From NCBI RefSeq assembly GCF_001194135.2, contig NC_068987.1, positions 91,627,975 through 91,675,413 on the forward strand: a DNA stretch of 47,439 nt, in the 5' to 3' direction. A program made the translations under genes and the position numbers. Positions 1 to 11,775 of the stretch are shown piece after piece (the stretch's first letter is position 1; each line of letters begins with the position of its first letter). The notes under the pieces were generated by a model. It made no database searches, had not been told where the DNA came from, and saw only the letters and a program-made list of their open reading frames with translations. Origin of the DNA: Octopus bimaculoides (Eukaryota).

Positions 1-574
1 ACACACACATTAAATTCGTCGCTCGTGTTCTCAACTACAATCTGCTTATGACTTATGCACAGAACCTGTATTTCGCAGGGAATTTAGAAAACAGTAACAT
101 CAATAAACTATATATAGTTTGGCCCTTTCTCTGATTTCGTTATTGCATTCAGAAATTCATACACTATCTCACACACACACACACACAAACGCATATCTAT
201 GTATATATAAAGTAAACACATGTATGTGTGTAAGCGCATATATATATATATTTATATATATATATATATGCGCTTATACATACATGTACGCACATGTATG
301 CACATGTATGTGTAAGCGCATATTCCTTGAAAGGTTCGTTCTGCATTCAGTAACTGATGATTTTATTTTCTGCTTCTGCATTGCTCCTAGCAAAATTTCT
401 TTCCCTGATTATTATTCTTTTATGCTTGTTTTGTTTTCATGAAAGATATATTTTTTTCTTTTTCTTTCTCTTTATCTTAGAATCTTTCTCTCACTCTTCT
501 CTCATTGTGTCTATCATTTTCATTGTTTTCTTTTCTCTCTGCTTCTCTGTTTCTTTTTCTCCCGTTCTTTGTCC

Positions 575-672
575 CTCTCTCTCTCTTTGTCTCTCTCTCT
601 CTCTCTTTGTCTCTCTCTCTCTCTCTTTGTCTCTCTCTCTCTCTTTGTCTCTCTCTCCCTCTTTCTCTCTCT
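575..672 (+). repeat. (CT)n microsatellite with periodic TTTG interruptions
   Basis: Directly visible; ctctctctctctctttgt-type units recur. Confidence 0.95.
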
Positions 673-823
673 AGCTCACTATTTCTCTTTCTCTCTGTAA
701 ATCCTATTTTCATTCGTTTAGAAATTTCCCTTAACTTGTAGGATTCTAGATAAAAAAACAACAACAACAAAGAACACAAACATATAACAAACTGATTCTG
801 TCAATAATTTAAACCTTTTAGCT

Positions 824-949
824 TTTCTTCTTCTTCTTCTTCTTCTTCTTCTTCTTCTTCTTCTTCTTCTTCTTCTTCTTCTTCTTCTTCTTCTTCTTCT
901 TCTTCTTCTTCTTCTTCTTCTTCTTCTTCTTCTTCTTCTTCTTCTTCTT

Positions 950-979
<30 letters not shown>
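824..979 (+). repeat. Perfect (TTC)n microsatellite, ~52 units
   Basis: Directly visible; explains the poly-R and poly-K ORFs. Confidence 0.98.
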
Positions 980-982
<3 letters not shown>

Positions 983-1732
983 CTCTCCCCCCTCTCTCTC
1001 GTGCACACACACATATGGACTTGTGTAATAGAAACAAATATTATGTAAGTAGAGGAAAATATTTTTTTGTGTAAAGTGATTTGGCAGGGGACTCAATAAA
1101 TATGAAAATACATTCCTGTTTACATTGACAATATATTGTAATGTAAAGACAAACACACTGAAAAAATACTTGTAAAACATCCTGGTTAAACGTATTACAA
1201 TAAACACATACATATTTTCCTATAGCTTTCCTCATTTTCAACACTGTACGATGGAGAGCTAAAAGTATATATTTATTGCATGTTGTATTAACAGAATTCT
1301 CAGCAGGTCAAATAAAATGCCTTACTGTATGTATTTGCTCCTTCGCATTTGGTTCTATACTTTGCACCTGCCGACAATTATGGCTTCTTACAAGTTTTAC
1401 TAGTATCATTATGCTGCAGAAACAATGGTGCACCATGGTTACATATGCAACGACAAGCAATGTAGACGAAGAAAGTAAGGTTTCACTGTTGATGCCAACA
1501 TAGCAAATATTAACACGATCATGGGAAGGAGTTATAGAGTACCCATACTTCATGATGGATGCTTTTCTAATGATATCTTCATAAATGTGAGGTTGAAGCT
1601 CATTTGAAGATCTTAGAAGAGTTGACACAGAAGATTCCTGAAATAGAGAGAAGTATATTTTCTACTTGGAATACGAGAGATCGAGGCTTACTGAGAAAGA
1701 ATGCAGTCGAGAGTGTCTGTATCCCAGAGAAG

Positions 1733-1830
1733 CAGCCTTGTGGTTAAGAAGTCTTCCTTTCAACCACGTAGTTCCAGGTTCAGTTTTCACAGCGCAGCAC
1801 CTATGGCAAATGGAAGACGGAAAATGGAAT
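1733..1830 (+). mobile_element. Truncated tRNA-derived SINE head (family A)
   Basis: TTGTGGTTAAGAAG...AACCACGTAGTTCCAGGTTCAG...GCACCT..GGCAAAT is collinear with the head of the copy at 19200. Confidence 0.7.
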
Positions 1831-1890
1831 ATACGAGAATTTATTATTAATCACGACAATTGTTTCGACACATCTAACATCGATCCCTCA

Positions 1891-2347
1891 NNNNNNNNNN
1901 NNNNNNNNNNNNNNNNNNNNNNNNNNNNNNNNNNNNNNNNNNNNNNNNNNNNNNNNNNNNNNNNNNNNNNNNNNNNNNNNNNNNNNNNNNNNNNNNNNNN
2001 NNNNNNNNNNNNNNNNNNNNNNNNNNNNNNNNNNNNNNNNNNNNNNNNNNNNNNNNNNNNNNNNNNNNNNNNNNNNNNNNNNNNNNNNNNNNNNNNNNNN
2101 NNNNNNNNNNNNNNNNNNNNNNNNNNNNNNNNNNNNNNNNNNNNNNNNNNNNNNNNNNNNNNNNNNNNNNNNNNNNNNNNNNNNNNNNNNNNNNNNNNNN
2201 NNNNNNNNNNNNNNNNNNNNNNNNNNNNNNNNNNNNNNNNNNNNNNNNNNNNNNNNNNNNNNNNNNNNNNNNNNNNNNNNNNNNNNNNNNNNNNNNNNNN
2301 NNNNNNNNNNNNNNNNNNNNNNNNNNNNNNNNNNNNNNNNNNNNNNN
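1891..2347. other. Assembly gap. Other gaps: 14315-14926, 22013-22359, 27196-27518, 28331-29121, 30430-31178, 33676-34402, 34911-34920, 38544-38799, 42423-43024, 44251-44625, 45140-45149, 46403-46458
   Basis: N runs, most of them bordered by microsatellites. Confidence 1.
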
Positions 2348-3183
2348 TATATATATGAGAATGATGTTTCCTATCACATAGAAAAAGCATTCAATGTTAT
2401 GCAATAGTTATTTCTTTCAGTATAAGTTTGGAAGCTGAAGAATGTTATTTCTGCTTTATGTATGAATTTGAAGGCTGAGCTATCTAAGAGGAGTTACAAC
2501 TGGATGAAATGTCCAAGCGGCTGAAATGCTCAAGGCTCCGATATCCAAGTGGCTAAATAGTGTCAGCTAAAGGGCACCGAAGAGTTGTGAGTGTAAGAAG
2601 TTAAGGGCCGAAACACTTGTCTGAGGAGCGTTTCTTCCCCGAAGGTCTTGGGAGTTTCTTACCTCTTCAAATAATGTTAAAAAAAGTCAATTCTATATTT
2701 TCCGCTCCTGAATGGATGCCCGTTTATACATCCTTCCTTATAGCTCAACATACGGACAATTAATTGCATTCAGTCGGTTTTAAGTACATTCAAATTTCGC
2801 GTATGCTATATATACGCCTTAGATGCAGAGGCAAACTGAGTGGCAACAGAGAAAGAACCGGTTTCTAACCAAGATCCCAGGGTCCTTCATTGGAATTTCA
2901 CTGACATCAGCAGCGTATTTTGTATATATGTGTGTACATGTGTAGTATTTGGGGTCAGTACTTGTGCTGATTTGTATGTTTTGCTTTATGTATGTAATCT
3001 CTGCATAGTGTTGCATTTTTATACATATACATATATACTTAAATAGCAAACTGTTGTAAAGTTTTACAAAATTTTACAGTTCTAGTGATGGCTTGAATCT
3101 GTGGTCTTCGATCAGCCTAATATTTTCTGGTTTTGGGGAGTTTAATTTTCAAGATTTATACTTAGGCAGTTTGTTAGATTTTT

Positions 3184-3226
3184 ATGTATGTATGTATGTA
3201 TGTATGTATGTATGTATGTATGTATG
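3184..3226 (+). repeat. (TATG)n microsatellite
   Basis: Directly visible. Confidence 0.95.
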
Positions 3227-3669
3227 CAGAAATACCTCCATAAACTAGAAACCCTTAAACAAGTGTTTCACTAACCAGATTTAGAATCCGTATAAAGGAC
3301 AATTACACAATCTCTGCATAACAATCATTAAAGTTTCACAGACAACAAACACATTAAACATTAATTACCATTTCCACATTACATGCACAAGCAAACGCAC
3401 GCATATGAGATTATATTTTCTTGTGCGGCCGCTACGGAATTCCAAACGTAATTAAAATTATTTCTTCATAATTATAGTTTGAGCGAGAAAAAAGTGTAAA
3501 TGGATTAGCGTTGATATTCAAAATAATATACTTTTCATTAATTTTCTTTCGTCATTTCTCTCTACTTTTATATATTTCTCTCTATAGGCATTCCTTTGTA
3601 ATTTGAAGTCTATATATTTGTTCAGTATTGTAATTTAAACATAATGAAATATCGTATATATATATATAT

Positions 3670-3710
3670 CTGTTTGCCCAAGTAACATCTTACAGCTTCA
3701 TCAGAGCGTC
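3670..3710 (-). ncRNA. Degenerate, truncated hammerhead-like core
   Basis: Minus strand reads GACGCT-CTGATGA-AGCT...GGGC-AAAC-AG and is then cut by (AT)n. The G of GAAA is missing and there is no cleavage triplet. Confidence 0.25.
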
Positions 3711-4549
3711 GTATATATATATATATATACCCACACAAACACACACACTCACAAATGCGCATATGTATACGTTAGGAATATTAGAATTATTGTATTTATT
3801 AGCAAGTTTTATTTTGAAGATTTTGCGTTGATGCTATTAGTCTTTAATTTCTATTTCTACATCTTAATGAAAGAATATCTATGGTTTTTATGAGACACTT
3901 CTTTTCTCTTCGGGTTAACAGATTTTCGGAGGCTGAAAAAAAAAAGTTGAATGAACAAACTTTAAACCAAACAAACAAATACAAAAATAAAATCCCCCGA
4001 AACAATAAAATAAAATTAAAATAGTTAACGTTATAAAAATATGGTAGATGTCTCCATATCTAATGGAAATTCACACTACTGCATTGGAATTGTGAAGAAT
4101 TAAGTATGCCCACTGGTTCAAAACTGAGAAATATTTATTTTTGTCAGTTTACTGATTTTTTTTACAATTTTTATGGCATTTCCTTTTCTATTTTCCTCAT
4201 ATAGTTGTTCTCTTTCTTTTTTAATAAGAATTATCAAACAATCTCCGTTGTCCAATGTGTCACGAATCTACTGCCGTCTTATGGAATCTCCATTTTTGAA
4301 AGAGAAATTTTTGTTTCAAATCTCTTTTTGTATTTTATACTTTGCTTCTGTTTTTCTTTCAGGTTTTGTGGAATCTTTTTTACTAATTTCACGGATTAGC
4401 ATAATACATGCGTTGCACATTTTTGGTATTTGTTAGGGCGGTAGAAGAACCACATGTTGAACTAATGTCGACATTAGAGATTCATACGAAGATAATACAG
4501 GTATTGTTTTCTGCTGTAGTTAATATCGGTTCATTTGTTACTTAAACGA

Positions 4550-4735
4550 AAGTGGCGAGCCGGTTGAGTTGTTACCGCCCCGAACAAATTGCTTGGCAGT
4601 ATTTCTTCCATCTTTACGTCCTGATTTCAGATGCAGCCGAAGTCGATTTAGCTTTTCATCCTTTCGGGTTCGATAAAATAAGTACCAGCTGAGCACGGCG
4701 TGGAGGTTGTAATTGCCATACCTCCTCACTCGAAA
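4550..4735 (+). mobile_element. tRNA-derived SINE (family B)
   Basis: GGCGAGC head, then GTCGATTTAGCTTTTCATCCTTTCGGGTTCGATAAAATAAGTACCAG. The same core occurs reverse-complemented at ~10940-10980 and ~36700-36740. Confidence 0.85.
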
Positions 4736-5299
4736 TTACAAGTCTTCTGTCAAATTTTTAAATCAATATGTTACTTAGATAAAACGGATGCACATCCCAA
4801 GATTACAAAACAGTGGAAAGGGTTTTCTGTTTAGAATTGTTCGCAACTTCGATTTAGTGTCATTTTCTAGGGTTTTAGGGATGTCTGTTTCATTGAACAA
4901 TTTTCAAATAGCAAAGAACATAATAGAAATCTTTCGTAATAAAACGCGCGACATAATATGAACTACTAATAGCGTTTAAAGATGAAATAAGTAAAAGTTA
5001 ATTAAAATCTCTACATGAAGTCGGTGCTTTTTGTCGAGTATGAAATAAACATAAAAAAAAATGTAAGCTATGGCTAAATGTAGCTCATACGACTAACTTA
5101 GATTCTTCAAGATATCTGAAGCGTTCTGGGCTGAACACCGAATCTGTCAGATATTTATAGCTGTGAACCTCCTTTCTAGCACCTTCAGTACAACTGTTTG
5201 GCGGGAAAAAGCCTGAATTGCTGATTGCTGATTGGTTGAGTAATGTTCAAGTAGGCGTTAAGGACTTTTATGGTAACAATTTATTTCTTATAGAGTTTG

Positions 5300-5950
5300 G
5301 TGCAGGCTTGATTGTGTAAGACTGTGGTATGACATTTGCCTTTAAACCACATGGTTCTAGGTTCAGTGTCGTTGTGTGGTGGAAACTTGGGTATGTGAAT
5401 GGGTTTGGTAGAAAGAAATTGAAAGAAGCTCGTCGTATATATGTGAATGTATATGTATATACATCTGTGTATGTGTGTGCGCACGTGTGTGTGTGGGTGG
5501 TGATGATCTTACAAGAAGCAGTATATAATGTGATTGAGGCAGAGAACGAAAGAGATATGCTGTTCAGAGGAGATAATCGTTTCTAAGCATATCCATGGTT
5601 TGTCTGTAGTGGAGGAAATATTTTTAAAGAGTGAAAAGAGTGAGAAGAGTGTGCATCTTATTGCATATAATTCTTTTAGTATTTCTTTTCTGATCATTGT
5701 CATTATATGTATGTGTGTGTGAATGTGTGCGTGCGTGTGTGTTTTCGTGTCATTGTTCCTCACCACCGCTTGACGACAAGTGTTAATGTGTTTACGTCCA
5801 TGTAACTTAGCAGCTTGGCAAAAGAGACCGATAGAATGGATTCCAAGATTACAAAGCAAAAAAGACTAAGTAGTTGGGTTGTTCATTCGAGTTAAATTCG
5901 TCAAAGAAGTGCCCAAAGATGGCCGCTATCAAATGACTGAAAGAAGTTAC
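5300..5950 (+). mobile_element. Family A SINE, decayed and interrupted (head 5300-5440, 3' body 5720-5950)
   Basis: Head AACCACATGGTTCTAGGTTCAG...TGGTAGA...GAAAGAAGCTCGTCGTATAT; body TTTACGTCC..GTAACTTAGC..GGCAAAAGAGACCGATAGAAT...GATGGCCGC..TCAAATGACTGA, with the end shared by the copy at 36440. Confidence 0.75.
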
Positions 5951-6729
5951 AAATCCACTTAGTCGTCGTTCTGGATGGAAAATTTAGGAGCTTTGGTGCA
6001 AAAAGCTGTCGAGACTACGATACAGGATGAAGGTCCCGTTTCATAATGTTGCCTACGTTCATGATATCTTTAAAAGGAACAAAACATTTGGTTGATTAAA
6101 CACCTTAGTTTACGAATGTGGCTTTTATGTAAATATCAGTAATACACTGGTACGGACGTTTTGTTATTGTTATCGAGCACAATCTCAACACTTGCCAAAA
6201 AATATATGATCAAAAATGTTCCAGCCATGTTTGTAATATTTTTGGTTTAAATATCAGGGAAATTCGTCTCTTATTTAAATGTCTTCATTTCGGACTATAA
6301 AGACAGATTTCAATGAAATTTAGCTGCAATTTTTAACAGAACTAATAGCGGGTGCAGAGAAATTCTTTTATTGGCTCACAAAACACTGACATTTTACAGT
6401 TTAAGATTTAGCAAAATACAACCGTTTGTATTGCCATTCCTTCAAGAAATTTTAACTATCGCAGACTTCAACTTGATGTGAGATAATGTATATATTTTAT
6501 TTTCTTCTAGTGTTTTCTCTCCTGTCAAAAACAATAATGAATTAAACAAATGCATGGACGAACTTGAAACAAAAATAGAGAAAATTAAATTCGACTTTAA
6601 TTCTGTGCTGTTTTCGACATTGCTTATTTTGGCATCTCCTCGACATTCTTAGGAAATCCAAGAAAATAATTGATCACTGTCTTTCTCTTCTTTATCAAAA
6701 ATAACTAACATTAAAAAAAGCGTCAGACT

Positions 6730-6877
6730 CACACACACACACGCACATACATGCACACGCACTAGCACTCACATTCACGTACAAACACACATACACACAC
6801 GTACGCATATATGTATGCCTATATACATATATACATGTGTCTGTTTATACTTCATATCATGCAGACACAGACACGCA

Positions 6878-6958
<81 letters not shown>

Positions 6959-7182
6959 TCACACACACACGTACATATATTTCTCTTGTTCTCCCTATCT
7001 GTATTTTATACATACCTACACACACAAATCAGCACTTACATTTAACGTACTTATCACCAGTATATATATGTGTGTGTGTGTGCGTGTGTGTGTGTGTGTG
7101 TGTGCAAATATGTATGTAAATGTATATATGTATATATAAGTAAATATATATACATATGTGCATATATATATATGTATGTATA

Positions 7183-7239
<57 letters not shown>

Positions 7240-7400
7240 ACACGCATATATACGTATATATACATGATGTATGCATATACTTGTATATATATATATACAT
7301 ATATATACACGTGTATATCTAGATATGCACATATAATTACATACATACACTGGTATATACGTGTGCTCTGCGTGCGTATACGTGTACCCATGTGTATGTC
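6730..7400. repeat. Compound (CA)n/(TG)n/(TA)n microsatellite field
   Basis: (AC)n at ~6880-6958 and (AT)n at ~7185-7235, within degenerate alternating purine-pyrimidine sequence. Confidence 0.95.
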
Positions 7401-7739
7401 TACGTTCGTACGGATATGGGAATGTTAGTCCAAATGTTATTTGTGCTTTTTTATTAATGACAAAGTCGAATTAAATTACAAACAGAAATCGCAAGGGGTC
7501 CAATAATCTTTCTAAGAAAAAGACAGAAAAAGATACGAAATAAGCGAAACGAAAACAAAAACAAACTTCTGGCTGCTGTGGGAATTAAGTCTGTATGGAA
7601 AGGCATGAAGTGACGTAAGGAGTATTATCGCAGCAATGTTACATCTTCATTATCTTTTATGTCAGGAATACCACGATTATCAACTTCGTCATACAATTCC
7701 ACTGATTCTGGTACCACTGTTGCTACTGCTACGAAATTA

Positions 7740-7919
7740 ACGACAACAACAACAACAACAAATACCACCACCACCACCACAATCATCATCATCATCATCA
7801 TCATCATCGTCGTCATCATCATCATCATCATCATTATCTTCACCACCACCACCCCTACAACAACCATCATCATCATCATCATCATCATCATCGTCATCAT
7901 CGTCATCGTCATCATCGTT

Positions 7920-7964
<45 letters not shown>

Positions 7965-7976
7965 GTCATCATCGTT

Positions 7977-8045
<69 letters not shown>

Positions 8046-8057
8046 GTCATCATCGTT

Positions 8058-8099
<42 letters not shown>

Positions 8100-8111
8100 G
8101 TCATCATCGTT

Positions 8112-8162
<51 letters not shown>

Positions 8163-8215
8163 TTCACCACCACCACCCCTACAACAACCATCATCATCAT
8201 CATCGTTATTATTAT
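7740..8215 (+). repeat. Compound (ATC)n array with higher-order repeat units, adjoining the 3' end of the R4/Dong fragment
   Basis: (AAC)/(ACC)/(ATC) runs with recurring interruption motifs. Confidence 0.95.
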
Positions 8216-8229
8216 TGTTATTTACTTTT

Positions 8230-8900
8230 AATTTGCATGTTTGTTATGATCACTTGCCGAGACACACCCAGTGTCCTAGGGCGAGTGAAGGCTAAGAGAT
8301 GCTAGAGTTAGACTGAAAGCTTGGGGAGGGGAAGTGGTAGGGGCAGTTGCGAAATATCTTCATCTAATAAATCACAGATATTTAAACTGACTGGGTTTTT
8401 CGAAGGACATGAGCAGTACTTGGCAGCACAATTTTTTTGATTTCTCTGAGACATGCTTCTCCCGGGATATTATCTAGATGTTTCTGACATTCCGACATCC
8501 CTTTCTTATAATACCTAGGGCACCCACAATAACAGGAACAGTTCTCGCTTTAAGATGCCACATCTTTTGTATTTCAAATTCTATGTCCTTATATTTACTT
8601 AATTTGTCAAATTCCTTTACAGACACATTTTTTATCAGTGGGAACAGTGATATATATTACTCCAGAAGTATTTTCTTCCCAGTCTTTAATAATTGTGTCT
8701 GGTCGATTAGCTTGGATCGTTCTGTCGGAGTTGACTGGAAAATTCCAGAGGATAGTGACATTTTTACCTTCAACGACCGGCTCAGGATGATGTTCGCTAT
8801 TAATATTAGTATTATTTCTTTTAATAACAGGTTTTGTTGGAGTTCATGGAGTCTTCCATGCGTAGCGGGCTTGCTACCTGCAGCCTACGGTGCTATATGT
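8230..8900 (-). mobile_element. 3' end of an R4/Dong-clade non-LTR retrotransposon: decayed restriction-like endonuclease (8382-8790) plus 3' UTR
   Basis: Hand translation of the minus strand with two frameshifts: EHHPEPVVEGKNVTILWNFPVNSDRTIQANRPDTIIKD...VPTDKNVSVKEFDKLSKYKDIEFEIQKMWHLKARTVPVIVGALG...IPG...EIKKIVLPSTAHVLRKTQSV*. This matches the PD-(D/E)xK C-terminus of R4/Dong ORFs. A (TAA)/(TGA)n tail follows. Confidence 0.85.
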
Positions 8901-9089
8901 TCTTTATTTTACCGTTTTTTTTTACATAATTTTTGAAATCGGGCGAGTTCATTTTTAGTTCCTCGTTTGTGAGAGCAGTCGAGTTTATTTCAAATATTCT
9001 CATTTTAAAAATCATCTCCGGCTAACCGTTGAGAGGACGTTGGTGTCGCCTTGGCCATCCCTACAAGAAAATCAGACCATCCCTACAAG

Positions 9090-10045
9090 AAAATCTCTCT
9101 CTCTGGCTTGTAAATGGAGCAGCTTCGACAATGATAAAACTACCGAACAAAATTACATGTTTTACAATCATTATTGAATATAGATATAACTTCCTGATGG
9201 CTAACAAGATATTCTCCAGCGAACATAAAGGTTGCAAATATGAATCGTATGGTTATAAAGACCAGCAGCATTTAATCAATAAAATGATTCTTAGGAACTG
9301 CTACAAATGATGCAAAAATCTTTTAATTATATGGTTTGATTGAGAAATGCTTGAAAATATATAAAGTGTCTCCAGTTATCGGTAACTTTTTGTAGAATAA
9401 TATGAAGCAATTGAAAACACCTTTTTCCGATTGAATTTGGAGACAGGTGCAATAAACGCTGGTGACAACGACACAAACTGCGGAATTTTTCAGTGTAATT
9501 CTCTATCACCACTACTATTTAGCCTGGGTGTCATTCTCCCATGTAAGTTTTTGAATGACACAAAACATGAATACACTAAGTTCGATAGACAAGCCAATAA
9601 CCTCTTTTACATAAATGATTAGAACTTTTCCCGAAATATGATCATCAACTGGAACGACTTTTAATTATGGTAAAACACTTCAGTGATGATATTGGAATAT
9701 ATTTTGGCTTTGATAAATGTTCTAAAGCCATATTCTTCGATCGTAATTCCTGAAAATGAACAACATACATATAAACAATTATAATCATCATCAAAGAATT
9801 AGATCGCATTCAGCAGTCACAAATGCGCGACAAAATAAGGCATGAATGTTATAATAGATTTAGTTATTCTAGAGAATGAATTTAATACGAAAAACAGGAT
9901 TGAAGCAATAAATTCCTCAGCGTTATTGGTAGAGACCTATAGCCTTAATATCATAAAAATATCCGTCAGTGAAATAAGTAAAATTCATACGCAAGATCCT
10001 CACAATGGACCGTATGCGTCACCCAAACACAAGTGTGATTTCCTG
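9090..10045 (+). mobile_element. Decayed R4/Dong-clade reverse transcriptase fragment
   Basis: WL..G, ITC, EHKGCK.ESYGYKDQ.LINKMIL, GIFQCNSLSPLLF (cf. GIFQGDSLSPLLF), NLFYIND*LF (cf. HLFYMDDLKL), VKHFSDDIGIYFGFDKCSK, ILENEFNTKNRIEAINS. Many stops and frameshifts. Confidence 0.85.
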
Positions 10046-10859
10046 TAACCTGGGCAAAAGTCCTGCATGATCTCATGGCTTTCAGAAGGCACTTAGAATT
10101 ACAAATCCATTTCGACGCCCCCTAAATATCATCTCCTGTCGGTTTTGCTTTTATTACCTTTCTAATTGAAAATGCAAACATAACTAGCCACGAATTCACA
10201 TCGTTTCCAATGCCTCTAACTTTTATAATTCTTTGCCCCATGTACTGAGATGCAAAACAGTGATTAGACACATAATACACAGTTCCAGCCTGTGTTTCGC
10301 TGATTCTTCGCTTTTTAATATTGAAGCAAAAATTCACATAATTTCTCCTTTCTGTTGAGAGAATTTTTCTCGATATTTTTTGTAGTGCTTCTTCTAATTG
10401 CTGCGTTGATGGCAGTTCAATAACATCACCATTTTAAAACAGAGTTGCAATTTTTCTTCTTTAGTATCTTTTGCAGTTTGACAAAATTCTACCCAATTTT
10501 TTTTTTCTGGAAATTGTTATAAATCTAAAAATTCTGATGGTGTCAAAGCAGAGCTTCAACACAGCAACTATATTAACATGTTTTAATGTTTTTTCTCTGT
10601 GTGTGGCTGCAATTATCACAAGATTAAATAATATTTTTTAGACTCTTCGAAATATATTTTTCTTCAATCATTTTTCATCATAATGTTCATTGCTGTCTGC
10701 TTGTTCATTCTGTTCCATAAATTGGTTTTGTTCTGGCACTTTCTCGCCTTCTTCCTTTGAAATATTTTAGCTTGTAGCCTAGGAGTGGATTGTGGAAATT
10801 TTGAAAGTGAAATATGGTTAAATTTGTAAGCAAATAAAATCTGTAAAAACAAACCATTT

Positions 10860-11075
10860 CTGCTGGCCCCAGTGTATAAAGGAGTGGGCGTCATCATGCA
10901 ATTCTAAATCGATTACACTGATACCAGTACGCAATTGGTACTTACTTTATCGACCCCCAAAAGATGACAGGCAAAGTCTATCTTGATGACATACGAATCC
11001 ATAACGTTAAGACGGACAAAATGCTGCTAAGCATTTTGTCGGCGTACTTAACGATTCTGCCAACTCACCTCCTTA
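10860..11075 (-). mobile_element. Family B SINE
   Basis: CCAGTACGCAATTGGTACTT..TTTATCGACCCCCAAAAGATGACAGGCAAAGTC...AACGATTCTGCCAACTCACCTCC is the reverse complement of the 4550 copy. Confidence 0.8.
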
Positions 11076-11231
11076 ACTACTACTACTACAACTAATAAAA
11101 ACAATATAAAATAAAAGCAAAAATGTTGAAATACAGTTCTATATTTAATAGATGAGGAATTATGTACTTCATTTACGTTATTTACATTTGACGGATATTT
11201 GTCCTCATCTTGTTTGTTGAATACGGGCATA

Positions 11232-11286
11232 TAGCGTAGTGGCTAAGAGTGAGGGCTACTAACCCCAAGATTCCGGGTTCGATTCC
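11232..11286 (+). promoter_or_regulatory. Pol III type-2 internal promoter (A and B boxes)
   Basis: TAGCGTAGTGG matches TRGCNNARYGG and GGTTCGATTCC matches GGTTCGANNCC. The GGG-CTACTAA-CCC anticodon-like hairpin lies between them. Confidence 0.8.
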
Positions 11287-11295
11287 AAGCAGTGA

Positions 11296-11370
<75 letters not shown>

Positions 11371-11431
11371 CAACAACAACAACATCGAAAAATACTTTAG
11401 GAATGAGAACCCAGGTTCGAAATTTCCCCAA

Positions 11432-11477
11432 GACCCCTGATGAAGGCTGGAGGGTGTATCAGTCAAAACGGTGTGTT
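11432..11477 (+). ncRNA. Degenerate minimal type-I hammerhead ribozyme
   Basis: Stem I GACCC/GTGTT (4 of 5 pairs); CTGATGA; extra A; stem II GGCTG/CAGTC; AAAAC in place of GAAAC; GGT in place of GTH. Probably inactive in this copy. Confidence 0.55.
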
Positions 11478-11570
11478 AACAACAAACAAGATGACAAATA
11501 TCCGTCAATTGTAAGTAATGTACGTAATGTAAAAAATATGGAAATGCTCATTTAATTAAGTAAGATAAAG

Positions 11571-11775
11571 GCAGAGAAAGAGGAAATAGACAGAATTAGG
11601 AAGTTGTTCACAATGAACAACGCCGCACTCCCTAAAATTGATATTTACACGCTCCACTTATCAGGAAAAGAACGATCAGGAAGTTTGTATACCGTACAAG
11701 ACAACAAGTATGAACGAATATTATCTGTGATCAGAAATATTCAAAGCGTCAACAAGAATCCGAAAGTACGAGTAT
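11571..11775 (+). mobile_element. Second R4/Dong-like fragment (region C-terminal to the RT)
   Basis: EEIDRIRKLFTMNNAALPKIDIYTLHLSGKERSGSL resembles the R4/Dong motif E.ID.KTRKLLTM...HPK.D..RLYLPR.EGGRGL. Confidence 0.5.

Larger units (their letters stand above)
11134..11531 (+). mobile_element. Composite non-autonomous element: inverted tail, tRNA-derived Pol III head, (AAT)n(AAC)n, hammerhead-like motif, tail
   Basis: 11134-11219 is the reverse complement of the tail starting at 11480. A box at 11232-11242, B box at 11276-11286, CTGATGA at 11437-11443. Confidence 0.75.

Noticed and set aside
2572-2625. CCGAAGA...GAAACACTTGTC hammerhead-like layout
   Set aside because: No credible stem II, and stem I has only 2 bp.
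7836-8195. Regularly recurring units resembling a CRISPR-like array
   Set aside because: The spacers are simple (ATC)n, not unique sequence; the context is eukaryotic and no cas genes are present.
10120-10850. Possible N-terminal R4 ORF remnant on the minus strand
   Set aside because: No motif could be matched with confidence.
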